Positions 1 through 13,089 of a stretch of 64,000 nucleotides of DNA are shown in pieces. The notes under the pieces were generated by a model, which made no database searches, had not been told where the DNA came from, and saw nothing but the letters and a program-made list of their open reading frames with translations. Source of the stretch: Octopus sinensis (Eukaryota); NCBI RefSeq assembly GCF_006345805.1, contig NC_042999.1, positions 29,388,001 through 29,452,000 of the forward strand, read 5' to 3'. Numbering within the stretch: the stretch's first letter is position 1; each line of letters opens with the position of its first letter. Position numbers and translations under genes: made by a program.

Positions 1-175
1 CTTTGCGCCTCTGTTTGCACCCCTACCATTGCTTGACTATCAATATTGGTCTGCTTATGTATCCATAACCTAGCCATTCGGTAAATGAAACTGATAGCAT
101 ATGTGTTAGGCTTACAAAGAACAAATCGTCCGGTCTATGTGTTCGACCAACGGCAGTGCTTCAGTATGACCACAT
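1..175 (+). mobile_element. 3' half of a tRNA-derived SINE (same family as 36090-36522 and 50789-51200), diverged
   Basis: ccattgcttgac...cttacaaagaa...gtgcttcagtatgacc aligns by eye with the 3' half of the 50789-51200 copy. Confidence 0.6.
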
Positions 176-380
176 TTGAACGTCATACCTCTTAAATTCA
201 CGTGAGGAAACACATCTACTCTGTTAAAACGATTGTAGTGATCAATGAATATTCTCATACCCTACACGTTATATCATTTTAATTAATTACAGATCCCCAC
301 GAACACTAAGTCACTGACAGCACTTTGCCGGTTAGCTACCAGGTCTATACCACGCAATTTATTAACTACTACATATTGTG

Positions 381-422
381 TATATACATACACACACACA
401 TACACACACACACAAACACACA

Positions 423-491
<69 letters not shown>

Positions 492-517
492 TATATAGAT
501 ATATGAATATATAATTT

Positions 518-555
<38 letters not shown>

Positions 556-643
556 GTGTGTATGCATGTATGTATGTATATATACATATATATATATATA
601 AGTATATAGATATATGAATATATAATTTTATATATATATATAT
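381..643. repeat. Compound microsatellite (CA)n-(TA)n-(GT)n containing a duplicated 30-bp unit
   Basis: aagtatatagatatatgaatatataatttt occurs at about 489 and about 600. Confidence 0.85.
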
Positions 644-2102
644 CTTTTATAAAAGCAGGCGCATATGTACATTGCAATGAGCGGATCGATAAAAAAATTA
701 ACGAATTATCCTACTCATGGCGCACGGTTATTAGACATATCTTCTTGATTTTGTGGCTTATGAATTTTCTCCAGGGACAGGATGTCGGTCCATCGAAGGA
801 TTACTCATTTATACTGGATGAAATGTTTTGAGCAACATGAAATGACTGCTCAAGAACGAAACGCAATAACCGGTCGTGGAATAAAAGTTCCAAACTTAGG
901 TTTATGGTTTCAAGGGACTTATCACTGAACCACGTACCTACATATCACGTTTATTTCAGCATGCAAATTTGATTACATTCTACGCATGTTCAGCCTTCTC
1001 TTTATACTTTTCCTTTGCTGAATATTGAAGTCATCGAAATTACGAAATGTGTTTGCAATATAAAGCTAAAAATATTCGCAATGTTTTGAAATATAAGTGG
1101 ACGTAAAATACATACATATTTAATACGTAAGTAAAAACAACATAACAATACTCGCCATCCTATCTGCCGGTAATTGTTGTGCGCGCGCAGAATAGAATAT
1201 TTTCCCATCTACACATAAGCAAATACCTATTCTTTTCATGTTTTCAGTATCACACATAATGAAGAGAGGCGACAATTGTTAATGACATTTTAGCGATAAT
1301 GCAGAAATCAATACTTTTGTATTTATATGATCTCCTTTTAGGCTATGACAAATCTTTTATATGGGAAATAATATAATTTTTTTCAACAGGTAGCTTCAAA
1401 ATGCTCAAAGATGTAATTTTCTTCAAGAATTCACAAATTCATGTCTGTTGTTCACCATTTTCAACGCCTGTAGTAGAATGCTGTACTTCTGTAAGAGACA
1501 TATCTCCCACTTTCCTGAATCGGTTATACAGGGGGCGCCTAGCATGAAATTGAAAATTCAATTTAATCAGTCCCCTGATTAATGTAATTTAGAATCCTCA
1601 TGTATTTGAATTGTTAACTTATATGTTGTTTTTATAGCATAGCAATATATGCTTTATATGCTTCTTTTGTGCAAATCTTATTTTAAACATTTTGTTGTTG
1701 TTAGACTCTTATATCAAATGTAGATAACGAGAGAAACTGCTATAAAATGGGTAGAGAATTGGCTTGCAGAAATTGCTTAGAGCAGATTTTTTCTGCTCGT
1801 GATGGAAAAGTATGCTATCTTGTTTTTTTCTTAATACTAGGTGTAAAATTAATCTTACGTTAGTGTTAGTTGCCAATTGATAAGGATAAACATATTATGT
1901 GGAGTTTCTGAATAACTGTTAAAAAATTAGGATATGATTATTTTTTTAATGTTATTTTCTGTTCATGAACAGTTGTATCGCTGTGAACATACTGTCATAC
2001 ATTTTAAGCCAGCAGATGTTAGAGGCGTACTGAAATAATGAGCATCACGTGTAAAGCATTAATTATGAATCGATATATTGAATAAGCTCTTTCTAATAGT
2101 AG

Positions 2103-2293
2103 TTTCAAATTTTGGTACAAGGGAAGTAAGATGATTACATTGCCAACAGTGGTGAAATGGTACTTACGCTGTCGATCCTGAAAGAATGAAAGGCAATATG
2201 GTACTCAGTGGATTTGAACTCAGAATGCAAAGACAAAAGTAAGACCACGAAAGCATTTTGCCTAGCGTACTAATGATTCTACCAGTTTGTCAC
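2103..2293 (-). mobile_element. Diverged SINE (family of 35166-35372)
   Basis: Reverse complement contains gtagaatcattagtacgctaggcaaaatgc...ttctgagttcaaatcc...gcctttcattctttcaggatcgac. Confidence 0.55.
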
Positions 2294-3134
2294 CCTCTGT
2301 TCTTTCTAAAATAAAAAAAATATATATATTTAAGAGAATGAAGGATGATAGAGTCTCAATAAAAGTCACTAAGTTTGATGTCAAAGAGCGAAAGAGTACA
2401 AGACACACAGAACCGACTGTATATGAAGCTAATTTTTTTTTTTGAGAGGTTGTTTTGTATTTGTCCCCTTAATCCTTTCTGTCGGAGAGCGTATACTCGA
2501 AACGGAAAATACATTTCCATTCTTCCCGAATGTCAAACTAGTACAACTGTTTGTTCTTATTTCGCTTGCTTTCGTCTTTTGTCTACTGTAAATTTGAACT
2601 ACACACGCAATCGCACTCAAACACACATGCACTCACTACGCTCATACACACAGTAACACACACTCATATATGTATATATATATATATACATACATATATA
2701 TATATGCATATATATATTTGTGTGTTAGGTGCGTGTATCCATTATAGAATACATATAGCCTTAGGATGAAGATTTCTGTAGATGTGATATTTATATTTAA
2801 ATGTTCTAGATTACTTGTTTCAAGGTACATGAAAATCATACAAATGATCATATCGTTATTTATTAAGAATTGTTTAACTACACATTCTATAAATTTTCTA
2901 TAGAAACGATTTCCCATTTAACATTAGTTGCTTAGATTGCCTTATTTATTTAGCTCTCTAGCTTTTCGCAGCACAAGTAAATGCATAAGAGATGTGTTCA
3001 TATGAATAAGTATAATGTCACTGGCTGCAGCTACACAGCGTTTATAAGACCCCAAAAGTCTAAATAACTGTTCTGCATTTTCTATTTTGCTCCGATGCCA
3101 TTCGGGTTGAGTGTCATCAGAGGGGAAAGACATC

Positions 3135-4545
3135 GATGAGTTTATTAGAAAAGCAAGAGCAAAACGTTCACCATGGAGCGATAGAATTAGATACAGGGTT
3201 TAGAAGAATTGCCCAAAGTTGCGTTTACGATTATATACATTTGATAAGAGTCATATAGAAACGGAAGAAAAACGTAGCAGAGCCTTGGTGTATAGCTGAA
3301 ATGTATATATTTACCTAAAGAGGAAAAAAAAATTAGAGAAATTCAGGCCCGCGTCACTGCTAAATATCGAACCGAAGATCATGTTTGACATTCTTGCCAG
3401 GCAAATCATAGGATTCCTACAGCATAACAGATATGTTAATGAAGCCATCCAGAAGGCAGGGATCCCTGAAATTAATGGATGCATAGAACATGCATTTGCC
3501 GTCTGGGAGGTTATCAACTGTGCAAAATAACTGAAGAGAAATCTTCAAATTTTTCGGTTCTATCTTGCCAAACCATATGGATCTGTTCCACTCGCACTAT
3601 TTCAGCAGATATCGACTTCTTTTAGATTCCAGAAGATGTTCAACCCTTACTGATAGGTTACTATCATAAACTGAGGATGAGAATTACAACAAAAATGTTC
3701 ACAACGGAGTGGCAACGGCTAGAAATAGGTATTGAAGTTGGATGCCCGATATCAGTTTAATTATTTGTGCTAGTTATGGAGTTCTTACTAAAATCAACAA
3801 ACTGAGAAATAATTTGCAAAGATACCACAAAAAGCATCTATGGACAAAATTACCGTATTATCAGAGACTAGAGAAGTAGCAGATGGGACGTTAGAGCGGC
3901 GGGGTGAACCAATAGGATGGGCGAGAATGTAATTCAAAGTGGGGCATTCGTGAAGGAGTCCAAAAAGAAGTAAATTTCAGGATAGACATACCAACGGTGA
4001 AAGAAAAACCAGTAGAGGGTCTCGGAAAGGGGTACAGGGATTTAATATATGTTAAGAAGCAAAGAAAAAGAAACACACGTTTCAGTGGAACTGGGTCTAA
4101 ATGTAATTAACAGAGCAACATTGCTGGGAAAATTGAAATGCTGAATAATGCCATTTCGACGGTACCCAACGATAATGTTACCTTTGCAACTGTATGAAAT
4201 AGCCTCGAGTAGAGGAGAAAGGATTGGAGAAAGATGCAGTGTATTTATTAGAAACTGGCTTGGTCTTCCAAAACCACTGATTATAATTGCGCTCTATGGA
4301 AAAGCTATGTTGAGACCACCGATAACATCAATCGTCAAAGAATATAAGGCAGGAAAGGCCAGGACAGTAATGAAGCTAAGGTATTCGAAAGATTGGACCA
4401 TCTGAGAAATCCCCCACAAAAGTACGAACAAGGAGGAAATGAAATACGGAAGAAGCAGTGAATAGCGTGAGCAGAAAGTTAAGGGGTGCCGATAAAGTCG
4501 GAGCGATGCAAGAACCAATAGCCGGTCTAGGATTGCTCGATTTCA
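3135..4545 (+). mobile_element. Decayed non-LTR retrotransposon RT region, R2-group (Hero-like)
   Basis: Manual translation across stops and frameshifts: EFIRKARAKRSP, EKFRPASLLNIEPK, IQKAGIPEINGCIEH, WQRLEIGIEVGCPIS, WLGLPK...ALYG...SIVKEYKAGKAR, VGAMQEPIAGLG. Confidence 0.75.
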
Positions 4546-5338
4546 AACCATTTTGCGTAAAATGTATACACGTAAAATGTACATTTGGTGCAATGCAGTC
4601 AACATGGAAACTACATTTAACTAACTCTTATAAGCATGTAATAAATACTACGTACGCCGTACAACACGTCGTGGACACTCTTTTTCCCTCTTTCGCTTTC
4701 TGTCGCCCTCATCGCCTTATCCTCTTTTTGTCTCTCCCTGTTTTCTCCTTTTTTCCTTCCAAGTAATCACTTCAAAGCGTTATAATTACGATCCCTCTAA
4801 CTCACGTCATGGACGCTTTCTATCTCTCTTTTCTCTCTCCCTTTTTCTCTCTGTTCACGTAAAAGTGTTACCGATGGGCTGAGTAACGTAATGACAAGCA
4901 GAATTATAAAATACCTATATTATTGCAATTATATATATGCACATGTGTAGGTGCTGGGGGTGCGTGTGTAGACGCATTAGCATTATTTTGAAGTTCAGAG
5001 TAGATTCTAGACTCCTAAGCATTCTAGGTTTGTATATGTGCAAATTTGCAAAAGTTGTTTAACATCATGATCACTTTTACGTATAAAGTATGTATACTAT
5101 CCGCAATTCATACATCTTAACTTCACATCTGACTCCGATACTAAAACTTGAATTATTTATATTTCTCCCTCATAATAACATTTCGCATGCAATGTTTTGT
5201 TTGAAGCTAAACTTTACCCTCTGTAAATATCATGCCAGTCATCATATCGAGTGAATTTAACATTTTTTTTCTTTTACTTTTAATCCAGCTACTTTCGTAT
5301 ATTACATAAATACCCAGATTTGAAACGTCACATACACA

Positions 5339-5388
<50 letters not shown>

Positions 5389-6162
5389 AGAAAAACACTA
5401 GAAGCAGTTTATCAATTCTGAGTGTAGTCCCACTGTTGGAAATGAGGCAGATATTGAAATATTAATATATTTCTTTAATATATACAATAGAATAATATCT
5501 ATAGAAATTTATAGACCACTTTTCATACACATTTTCGAATATTCAGTATTTCTGCTAATTAGATGTTATTATTTGTTGATGTTAAAAAATGTTTTTACGG
5601 TATTTATTTACATTCTTCTTATATATAGGTTTCCGCTGTTTGCATTTTGTATGATCCATATCATTACATAGCCTTATACAAAAAATTGAATTTTAACGTA
5701 TTGTTTAAAATATCTGTCAATTCTTTTTTGTTCATTGATTTATTTTCGCCAATTTTAGAATCGGTAATTTTTTGCACTTCATCAGCTCCGACTCTATTTT
5801 TCTGCCATTATCTATGTTCGGTTTATTGATCACCACCTTTGTTATGTTCATGTAAATTTAAGATGATGGTGACCATCATCGACGTCATGGACACTACAGT
5901 TATTGCAAGTTGTTTAGTATCATTATGGAAAAATCAGAAATAGTCACTAGGCTTTCGAACTTATTCAGAGTTCACAAACTTGTAAACATTGGTTCATGAG
6001 GATTTTAACAGAGACTTTCTTCCCGTACAGTTTATATATATACATAGTGAAGAAACGGTATGGACGATTAACATAAAATGCGGATTATTCAGTTATTTTC
6101 CAATTAATCACACACACACATACACACACACACAAACACACACACACAGACACACACACACG

Positions 6163-6226
<64 letters not shown>

Positions 6227-6227
<1 letters not shown>

Positions 6228-6477
6228 AAGGGTAAAGACCCCCTTCGGTCATGAATGACCATGGATTGCACCTAGGAAGTTACCCTCCTAGACACAAGTC
6301 CGGGCAAGGTTGTTTATGGAAGGCCAGCAGTCGCCCATGCATACCAGCCTCCCCTCTCCACGCCATCAGTGTGATCCAAGGGAAAGACAAAGGTCGATAC
6401 AGCTTGGCACCAGTGACGTCGCAACTCATTTCTACAGCTGAGTGAACTGGAGCAACGTGAACTAAAGTGCCTTGCTT
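6227..6477 (-). mobile_element. Truncated SINE 3' part (second copy at 6818-7068)
   Basis: Contains the CORE-like stretch ctacagctgagtgaactggagcaacgtgaactaaagtgccttgct; breaks off before the tRNA head. Confidence 0.6.
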
Positions 6478-6599
6478 GGAGTCTCGCAATACCATGTACG
6501 CCTATGAGGATTTACTTTCCCAATGAAACTCGGTTCTTTCTCAAACTCTTTCTCAAACCTGTTACAATGTGATACATGTCTTTGATGTGGTAATTGTAC

Positions 6600-6692
6600 G
6601 CGGCTGAAGAAGGCTTTCGATCTATCTGTTATATCAATTATGCATTGATATAAGAATACGTTGTTCAATAAATCTCGAAACATATGTACCGC
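6600..6692 (+). ncRNA. Type I hammerhead ribozyme fold, imperfect base of stem II
   Basis: Stem I GCGG/CCGC; core CTGAAGA 6604-6610; GAAA 6677-6680; palindromic stem III ACATATGT; GUA triplet (A6688); 10-bp hairpin TTATATCAAT/ATTGATATAA within stem II. Confidence 0.65.
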
Positions 6693-7189
6693 AAAATCCT
6701 TTGCGTCTTGTTTTTCTTTTGATACATATATCTTATCACCTATACAGGTGTTTACATTTATCAAGTATTCACCCTGAATTTATCATATATATATATATAT
6801 ATTATATATATATATATAAAGGGTAAAGACCCCCTTCGGTCATGAATGACCATGGGATTGCACCTAGGAAGTTACCCTCCTAGACACAAGTCCGGGCAAG
6901 GTTGTTTATGGAAGGCCAGCAGTCGCCCATGCATACCAGCCTCCCCTCTCCACGCCATCAGTGTGATCCAAGGGAAAGACAAAGGTCGATACAGCTTGGC
7001 ACCAGTGACGTCGCAACTCATTTCTACAGCTGAGTGAACTGGAGCACGTGAACTAAAGTGCCTTGCTTGGAGTCTCGCAATACCATGTACGCCTATGAGG
7101 ATTTACTTCCCAATGAAACTCGGTTCTTTCTCAAACTCTTTCTCAATCCTGTTACAATGTGATACATGTCTTTGATGTGGTAATTGTAC

Positions 7190-7282
7190 GCGGCTGAAGA
7201 AGGCTTTCGATCTATCTGTTATATCAATTATGCATTGATATAAGAATACGTTGTTCAATAAATCTCGAAACATATGTACCGC
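7190..7282 (+). ncRNA. Second copy of the 6600-6692 hammerhead fold
   Basis: Same motif: CTGAAGA 7194-7200, GAAA 7267-7270, predicted cleavage after A7278. Confidence 0.65.
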
Positions 7283-7374
7283 AAAATCCTTTGCGTCTTG
7301 TTTTTCTTTTGATACATATATCTTATCACCTATACAGGTGTTTACATTTATCAAGTATTCACCCTGAATTTATC

Positions 7375-7450
<76 letters not shown>

Positions 7451-8134
7451 TGTGTGTGTGTGTGGTGTGTGTGTGTGTGTGTGTGTGTGTGTGATTAATT
7501 GGAAAATAACTGAATAATCCGAATCTTATGTTAATGGATCAAATAATTATAAGCTACGTTTAGCTGAAATAGCTCTAATCCTTTACAGTAACTAACAACT
7601 GAACTGCAGCGTTTGTAAATATATGTCTAAGTACACTTTGAAAAACTGGAAAATTCTGCCTATATCGAATTATCTTTTTGATATCTTCAAATCCTATAAT
7701 TCGAACGCGTTTCCTTTTAATGTTTTAGATTTTACGTTTTTGTTCTCTATTTTCTGTTTTTTTTAAATCTTCCAGGTCTTTCATATGCGTCCTTCTCACA
7801 TTTCTGTGTTTCTTCTCTCATTCAAGTTTTAGTTAATTACGATACCTGGTTTGTATGTTACGAATATGTTTGAGGTATTTCTCAACATTTATCTATTAGT
7901 AGCATACAAAAACATGCACTATGACTAGTATATAATATTTACCTCTAACATGATGAAGTACTTTTCCTTTGAAGAGGGTATTATACATCAATGATCAGGG
8001 AATTATACATACATATAAATATATAAAATAAACCAGTTCAAGTCATTACCCCATGAACGTTGACCTGTGTGGAGACGTCCGATGGCTTGCTCTTGCGGAT
8101 TTCTGTCAGTTTTGGCATGCTTGATGCGATCAGG

Positions 8135-9475
8135 AAACAAATTAATACTTTATTGCCCACAGGAGGCTAAACATAGAGGGGACGGTACAGTGAATTGGGG
8201 TCAGTAAGAGAAAATATTAATATGAACAATCGAATAAAAATCCTGTTAAAATTTCGAATGAGAAACAGCACCAAAAGAGAAACAGTTAAGTTGAGGGCGG
8301 GTTCTGTTTTCGGCCCCGCAAGCCCCGGTCCGCCGCTGCTAATTTTGGGAAGTATTTCAAGACACTCTTAAATTAAGATGTTCACTCCTACAATTCTTGC
8401 TACTATTTTCCATCTTTTCTTGTATGCATCTGGTTACAGGCACTCCTTCTCAGCCCTTATCTTCCTTTTTACGTGAAACGATAAGAATCTCACAAGACCA
8501 AGGCTGGAGATGAAAGTGCCCGTCAAAATAACTTTCACACGGGTCTTCCACACGACCTCTTTCGCAATAGCTACCGTAGTGAGGAAATACGCCTTACCCT
8601 CTTTGTCAAAGGAGGAAAGGGGAACAATTTTTATGATCGACTCGCAAGAAAGCTGTACACTTCTCAGTCATGACAACAGATGCTCTAGGTAAACCAACAC
8701 TTCTGAAATTTTCGGGTATTGCATAAGCCCGTCCAGAACGGCTTCCTTGTCCTGCTCGCATCTTAGGTACAAGGGTGAACAGGAGCTACCATACCTTGCG
8801 ATTTTGTGGCGAACCGTAGTGAACCTTGGAAACATTGCCAGATATCTGGAAGTTATCTAAAAACGCCGGCCCGAATGTACTTCGGAACAGGCTAGTTAAC
8901 TAATTTTAGTCTAAGCCTAGGGTATCCCCAGGTCGTCATTATTCCTTGTCCCTACCAACCTTCCACAGAAGAAAAGCGTGGATCCCCCGCCGCTGGCGCC
9001 GTCAGTGTGAGAGAGAACCTGGAGTACCTGTCGACACTCCAAGGGCCACTTGCCGTATTTAGGTGTACGATGGATCCAAGGTTGTAGTTCACCAAATCTA
9101 GTGAAACTAGGAAGCATCCATCTGACAAACGGAGACCATACCTGTTCACAATCCAGGTAGAGCCAATGATGCCTCGGCAGACAGAGCACTTCAAAAGCGT
9201 ATATTTATCCTTTCACAAAAAGCGGAAAAGGAGCCGTTCAAACTTGTTCAGCCACGAACGAGGACAATGCACGATGGTTTGGCGGTACGTAATCACAGAA
9301 GCGATAAACACCTCTGCAATCTCCTCTCTCTCTCTTTCAAGTATAACGACCGTTCAAACCAGGTTTGAGTTAGGGAAACCCCCATGCTCGCCACCTCACC
9401 CCATTTCTTCTCTATCTTGAGGTCCGGTCCAAACCAAACCCTAAGCATTTTAACTGGCCCTTCCGTCCAAGACAC
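8135..9475 (-). mobile_element. 5'-truncated Tx1/L1-clade LINE (RT C-terminus, Cys-rich end, 3' UTR)
   Basis: GPVKMLRVWFGPDL...TQTWFERSLYLK; CLRCEQDKETV; IAKEVVWKTR; AATAAA on the minus strand at about 8149-8154. Confidence 0.75.
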
Positions 9476-9515
9476 CTAATGAAGGCTGGAGGTTATATCA
9501 GCCGAAACGTTTTGT
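9472..9515 (+). ncRNA. Degenerate hammerhead remnant
   Basis: CTAATGA 9476-9482 (G5 changed to A); stem II GGCTG/CAGCC; GAAACGT; stem I ACAC/TTGT with one mismatch. Confidence 0.4.
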
Positions 9516-10080
9516 TTACAACAAACAAGATGAGGAGAAATATCCGTCAAATTTAAATAGTGTAAATAATGAATCAGAAATATCAGCAGCATAATTTTTA
9601 TATGCTTGAAATAAGAAAATCTCACATTCGCCACATGTCACATTCGCCACATTTAATCCTTCGAAGTATTAAATCATATCAACTTAAGAAGACTGTATGA
9701 CTCACATCTACAATATGTTTACGATTATTTTCAATTCATCTGAAATTTTTCCCTATTTGAAGCATTTTCAATAATTACATCATGTAATACTTACCAGTTA
9801 TATTGTATAATAAAACTGTCAGATTCCCATGTTCAAGATAAACATGTAATTTCTCTTATTGTGTTGTTTAATTAAACTAATTGCTGCTAGTAGAGAAATT
9901 CTCCTATATAAATCTCTAATTCCGTTTCCGATATATTCATTAAAATATTCATCATTAATGTAATTCATTATCGGGTTTAAACTGGAATATCCAATTTAAA
10001 AAAAATATATACTCATACTAAAAATAAAAGTGCTCATATCACGCATTTAGTGATTATGCAGTATAAGATTTATCATTAAA

Positions 10081-10208
10081 CTAGCAGTATAACCCGGCTT
10101 TGCCCGGGATTAAGTTACGATTATTAAGCCAATCAAATTCCTTATTTCAAACCAAACTAAGTAACATAGACGTCATATTTGGGCGAAATCCGTTGAAATT
10201 TGTTATAT

Positions 10209-10279
<71 letters not shown>

Positions 10280-11330
10280 CTGGACCAATCATTGGTCGAA
10301 ACACATATAAGTTTATCTAAGTTTATATATATATTATATATATTATATATATATTATATATATAATATATATATATATTATATATATTATATATTATATA
10401 TATATACATACAATATAATATAAATATATATGGGCAATAGGCACGAACACACATACACACACGTACGTAAACCTATTGCATGTTTTGTGCACGCATACAT
10501 GTTGATAAACAGAAATAATGGAAAAAAATGTTGTTAAATTTGTATAATAACACTCGCACGATTTTCACTGAGAAAGAAAATGTTTTTTTTGGCATGGAAT
10601 AAACTACTCTGGCCTCAAAACCCTTTTTGTAGTCCGTAAAACGGAGTGGGGTGTGGTGGAAGCCTCGCAAATTGTGCCCATTTATTTTGTGTAATTCACT
10701 GACGAATTGTTACTCACCTCTTTGTTTCTTTGTTGTTAAATAAATGGATTGTCAACAAAACACTTTATTACTCGGCGTAAAATAAAAGCAAAACTCTTTC
10801 GCACCTAAAGTAATGGGTGTGAGAGAGAGAAGGGGTAGAAAGATGAACGGTTTAAAATAAATAAATGATTTTAAACAAATATATTGTAATTGTTTTGAGA
10901 AAGCATATATACTATGATTATATAATATAGTATCTCTCAAAAATAAAAACAAAACATTTTACATTTTATTTATCATGAACGTCGTCACTTTCTCTTTCTC
11001 CATTTCCCGCTTTGTCTAACCTGGGAAACTCTCTGCCACCTTCTTCGACTTTTCTTTATCTTATTTTTTTTTCTGAGACGCCGTCAAAAAAGCTATGGCT
11101 GATAATTATATGGATAAATGCTATGGTTGAAAATAAGATTTTTACGCTATCCGCGGGTGACTCGGGAAAAATAAGTTGACAAAACCCAGATAGGATCTTG
11201 ACGAATGTCCTCCTATAATTTGAGTGACATGTGTGCTAATTTATGGATGTGCATAAATTACAATCACGTGCACACACTCACACACAAACACGCGCGCGCA
11301 CACATCATGCCGGTAATATTTATGATATTA
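10081..11330 (-). mobile_element. Non-autonomous Helitron, same family as 40641-43618
   Basis: Minus-strand 3' end cccgggcaaagccgggttatactgCTAG followed by T; 10081-10205, 10607-10680 and 11130-11280 match 43493-43618, 41630-41725 and 40680-40830 in reverse. Confidence 0.75.
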
Positions 11331-12602
11331 TACTCCACAGAACATTTGATTTAACTGTAATCATCGTATAGGGATCCACACTACTCTTGTGAGCATTACT
11401 CATCACTCTTTTGCTTAATATCCATTTAAATATATTTTTAAATAAACGATAAATCCAAAACCAATCCGCATATGAAAATCGTCATCATGTTCATTGTCTT
11501 TCTATCTTGAATTTAACTAATTATTTATAGTGCAATAACACGTTATGCAATATATCCAAAGATTTATTTTCATTCTGCTTATTCCTTTTTTCACTTACAT
11601 AAAAAAAGCGCTCTCAACAAAGCTTTACTGGCAAATTATGGGAAATTGTATTATTTATATTTTTATACTTGTTCACCTTAAAGCCAGCATAAGGTACAAA
11701 ATAATATCACCAACAAAACATAGATATTTTACTTTGCTCTCTATTTTTCACATGATTCTGTGAAATGCATTAGGTGAAAATAATCGAATCCTACACAATT
11801 CTCCGAAGTATACATGAAAAATAGAAATATGAGGACTCCACACTCGCGTAAAAAAATACAATATTAAATACTGTCACTCGAGGAATGAATGATTATGCAC
11901 ACACATATGCAGTATTATTGGTAAAGGTTTTTCGAAATGCAGATGGAGATCTTTCGTTAAATACAGAATCACACTACAAGAATATAAAGGAAAGATTGAT
12001 AGCGTGTTGGAGAAATCATTCAAAAAATGTGTTATATCTAGAATCTTTTATATTCTGTGGCTGCTTTGTTAACGCAAAAACAACGTCTTATTTTTAAATT
12101 TCTGTGAAGAATAAGGTCTATGAAGGAGAAGATTCACGTTTGATTAAAATCAGAAACTGAGACTGCAGTGCTGTGATTCAGGAAATTTTGTAAAATGAAG
12201 TATTTATTATTACGAATAGAAAAATACGTGGCAGACAGCGCAACTAGAAACAAATCAACATTGTTGTTTTTTCCTCTTAAGCATTTGGAAGTCATTGCTC
12301 TTGGAATACGAGCTAGTCCAACAATGTTATTGACTGAGTTATATATAATTCTATAAAGTTCTGGGGCAAGATTTAGGTGCAAGAAATCTTTGGGTGAGGA
12401 AAACAGTTATACTTATCTATTTACTGGTAATCCCAAACTAGTTAATGATTATTTTGCTACGAGTAACGTATCATGATTGTTGTAATCACATTCATCTATA
12501 AATTGTTCTATTATGTATTATATAACTCAAAGTCAAAGATTAAGTTTCCGGAGGTAAATCTCTCTCTCTCTCTCACTTTCTATATATATATATATAATAT
12601 AT

Positions 12603-12666
<64 letters not shown>

Positions 12667-12667
12667 C

Positions 12668-12700
<33 letters not shown>

Positions 12701-12745
12701 GTCTGTGTGTGTGTGTATATATATATGTAAACATATATGTAAATA

Positions 12746-12782
<37 letters not shown>

Positions 12783-12988
12783 GGATAACCATATTTTATC
12801 TCAGTAGATGACCACAGCATCTTGTTTTGGCTACACGTGGGTGGGAAGGGGCTGGTGACACAATCTTTCCATTCACACATTGAATTCGGTGATACTAGTT
12901 GCGGATTCTAGCTCGCTCTGATACTGTGTTGAGTTGGTGCCTTCTAGTATCTCAAAATTCAATATATAATCATTTATGATTATAGTAT

Positions 12989-13089
12989 TCTACGCTGAAG
13001 AGAAAAGAAGTTTTTGGTAAGATAGAATTATTTAATATTTAATTCTTATGCTTTCCTAAAAACTTGATTTCGAAACGTACGTCCGTAGA
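12989..13089 (+). ncRNA. Type I hammerhead ribozyme with extended stem II
   Basis: Stem I TCTACG/CGTAGA; CTGAAGA 12995-13001; stem II GAAA/TTTC plus AAGTTTTT/AAAAACTT and AGAATTA/TAATTCT; GAAA 13072-13075; stem III ACGTACGT; GUC triplet (C13083). Confidence 0.85.

Larger units (their letters stand above)
6227..7374. repeat. Tandem duplication of a ~590-bp unit (6227-6784, 6818-7374) joined by (TA)n
   Basis: Copies are near-identical, differing mainly by single-nt indels. Confidence 0.95.

Noticed and set aside
369-677. Many ORF-track entries rich in IY, CV, HT, poly-I, poly-L or poly-S
   Set aside because: They are translations of microsatellites throughout the window, not genes.
3105-3125. 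CTGATGA on the minus strand (and CTGAAGA at about 3530 on the plus strand)
   Set aside because: No GAAA or stems in the right positions; the second lies within LINE coding sequence.
5480-5800. Possible Penelope RT relic on the minus strand (KELTDILNNTLKFNF; FYRYY) and CTGATGA near 5780
   Set aside because: Too degenerate to support without a profile search; no hammerhead stems.
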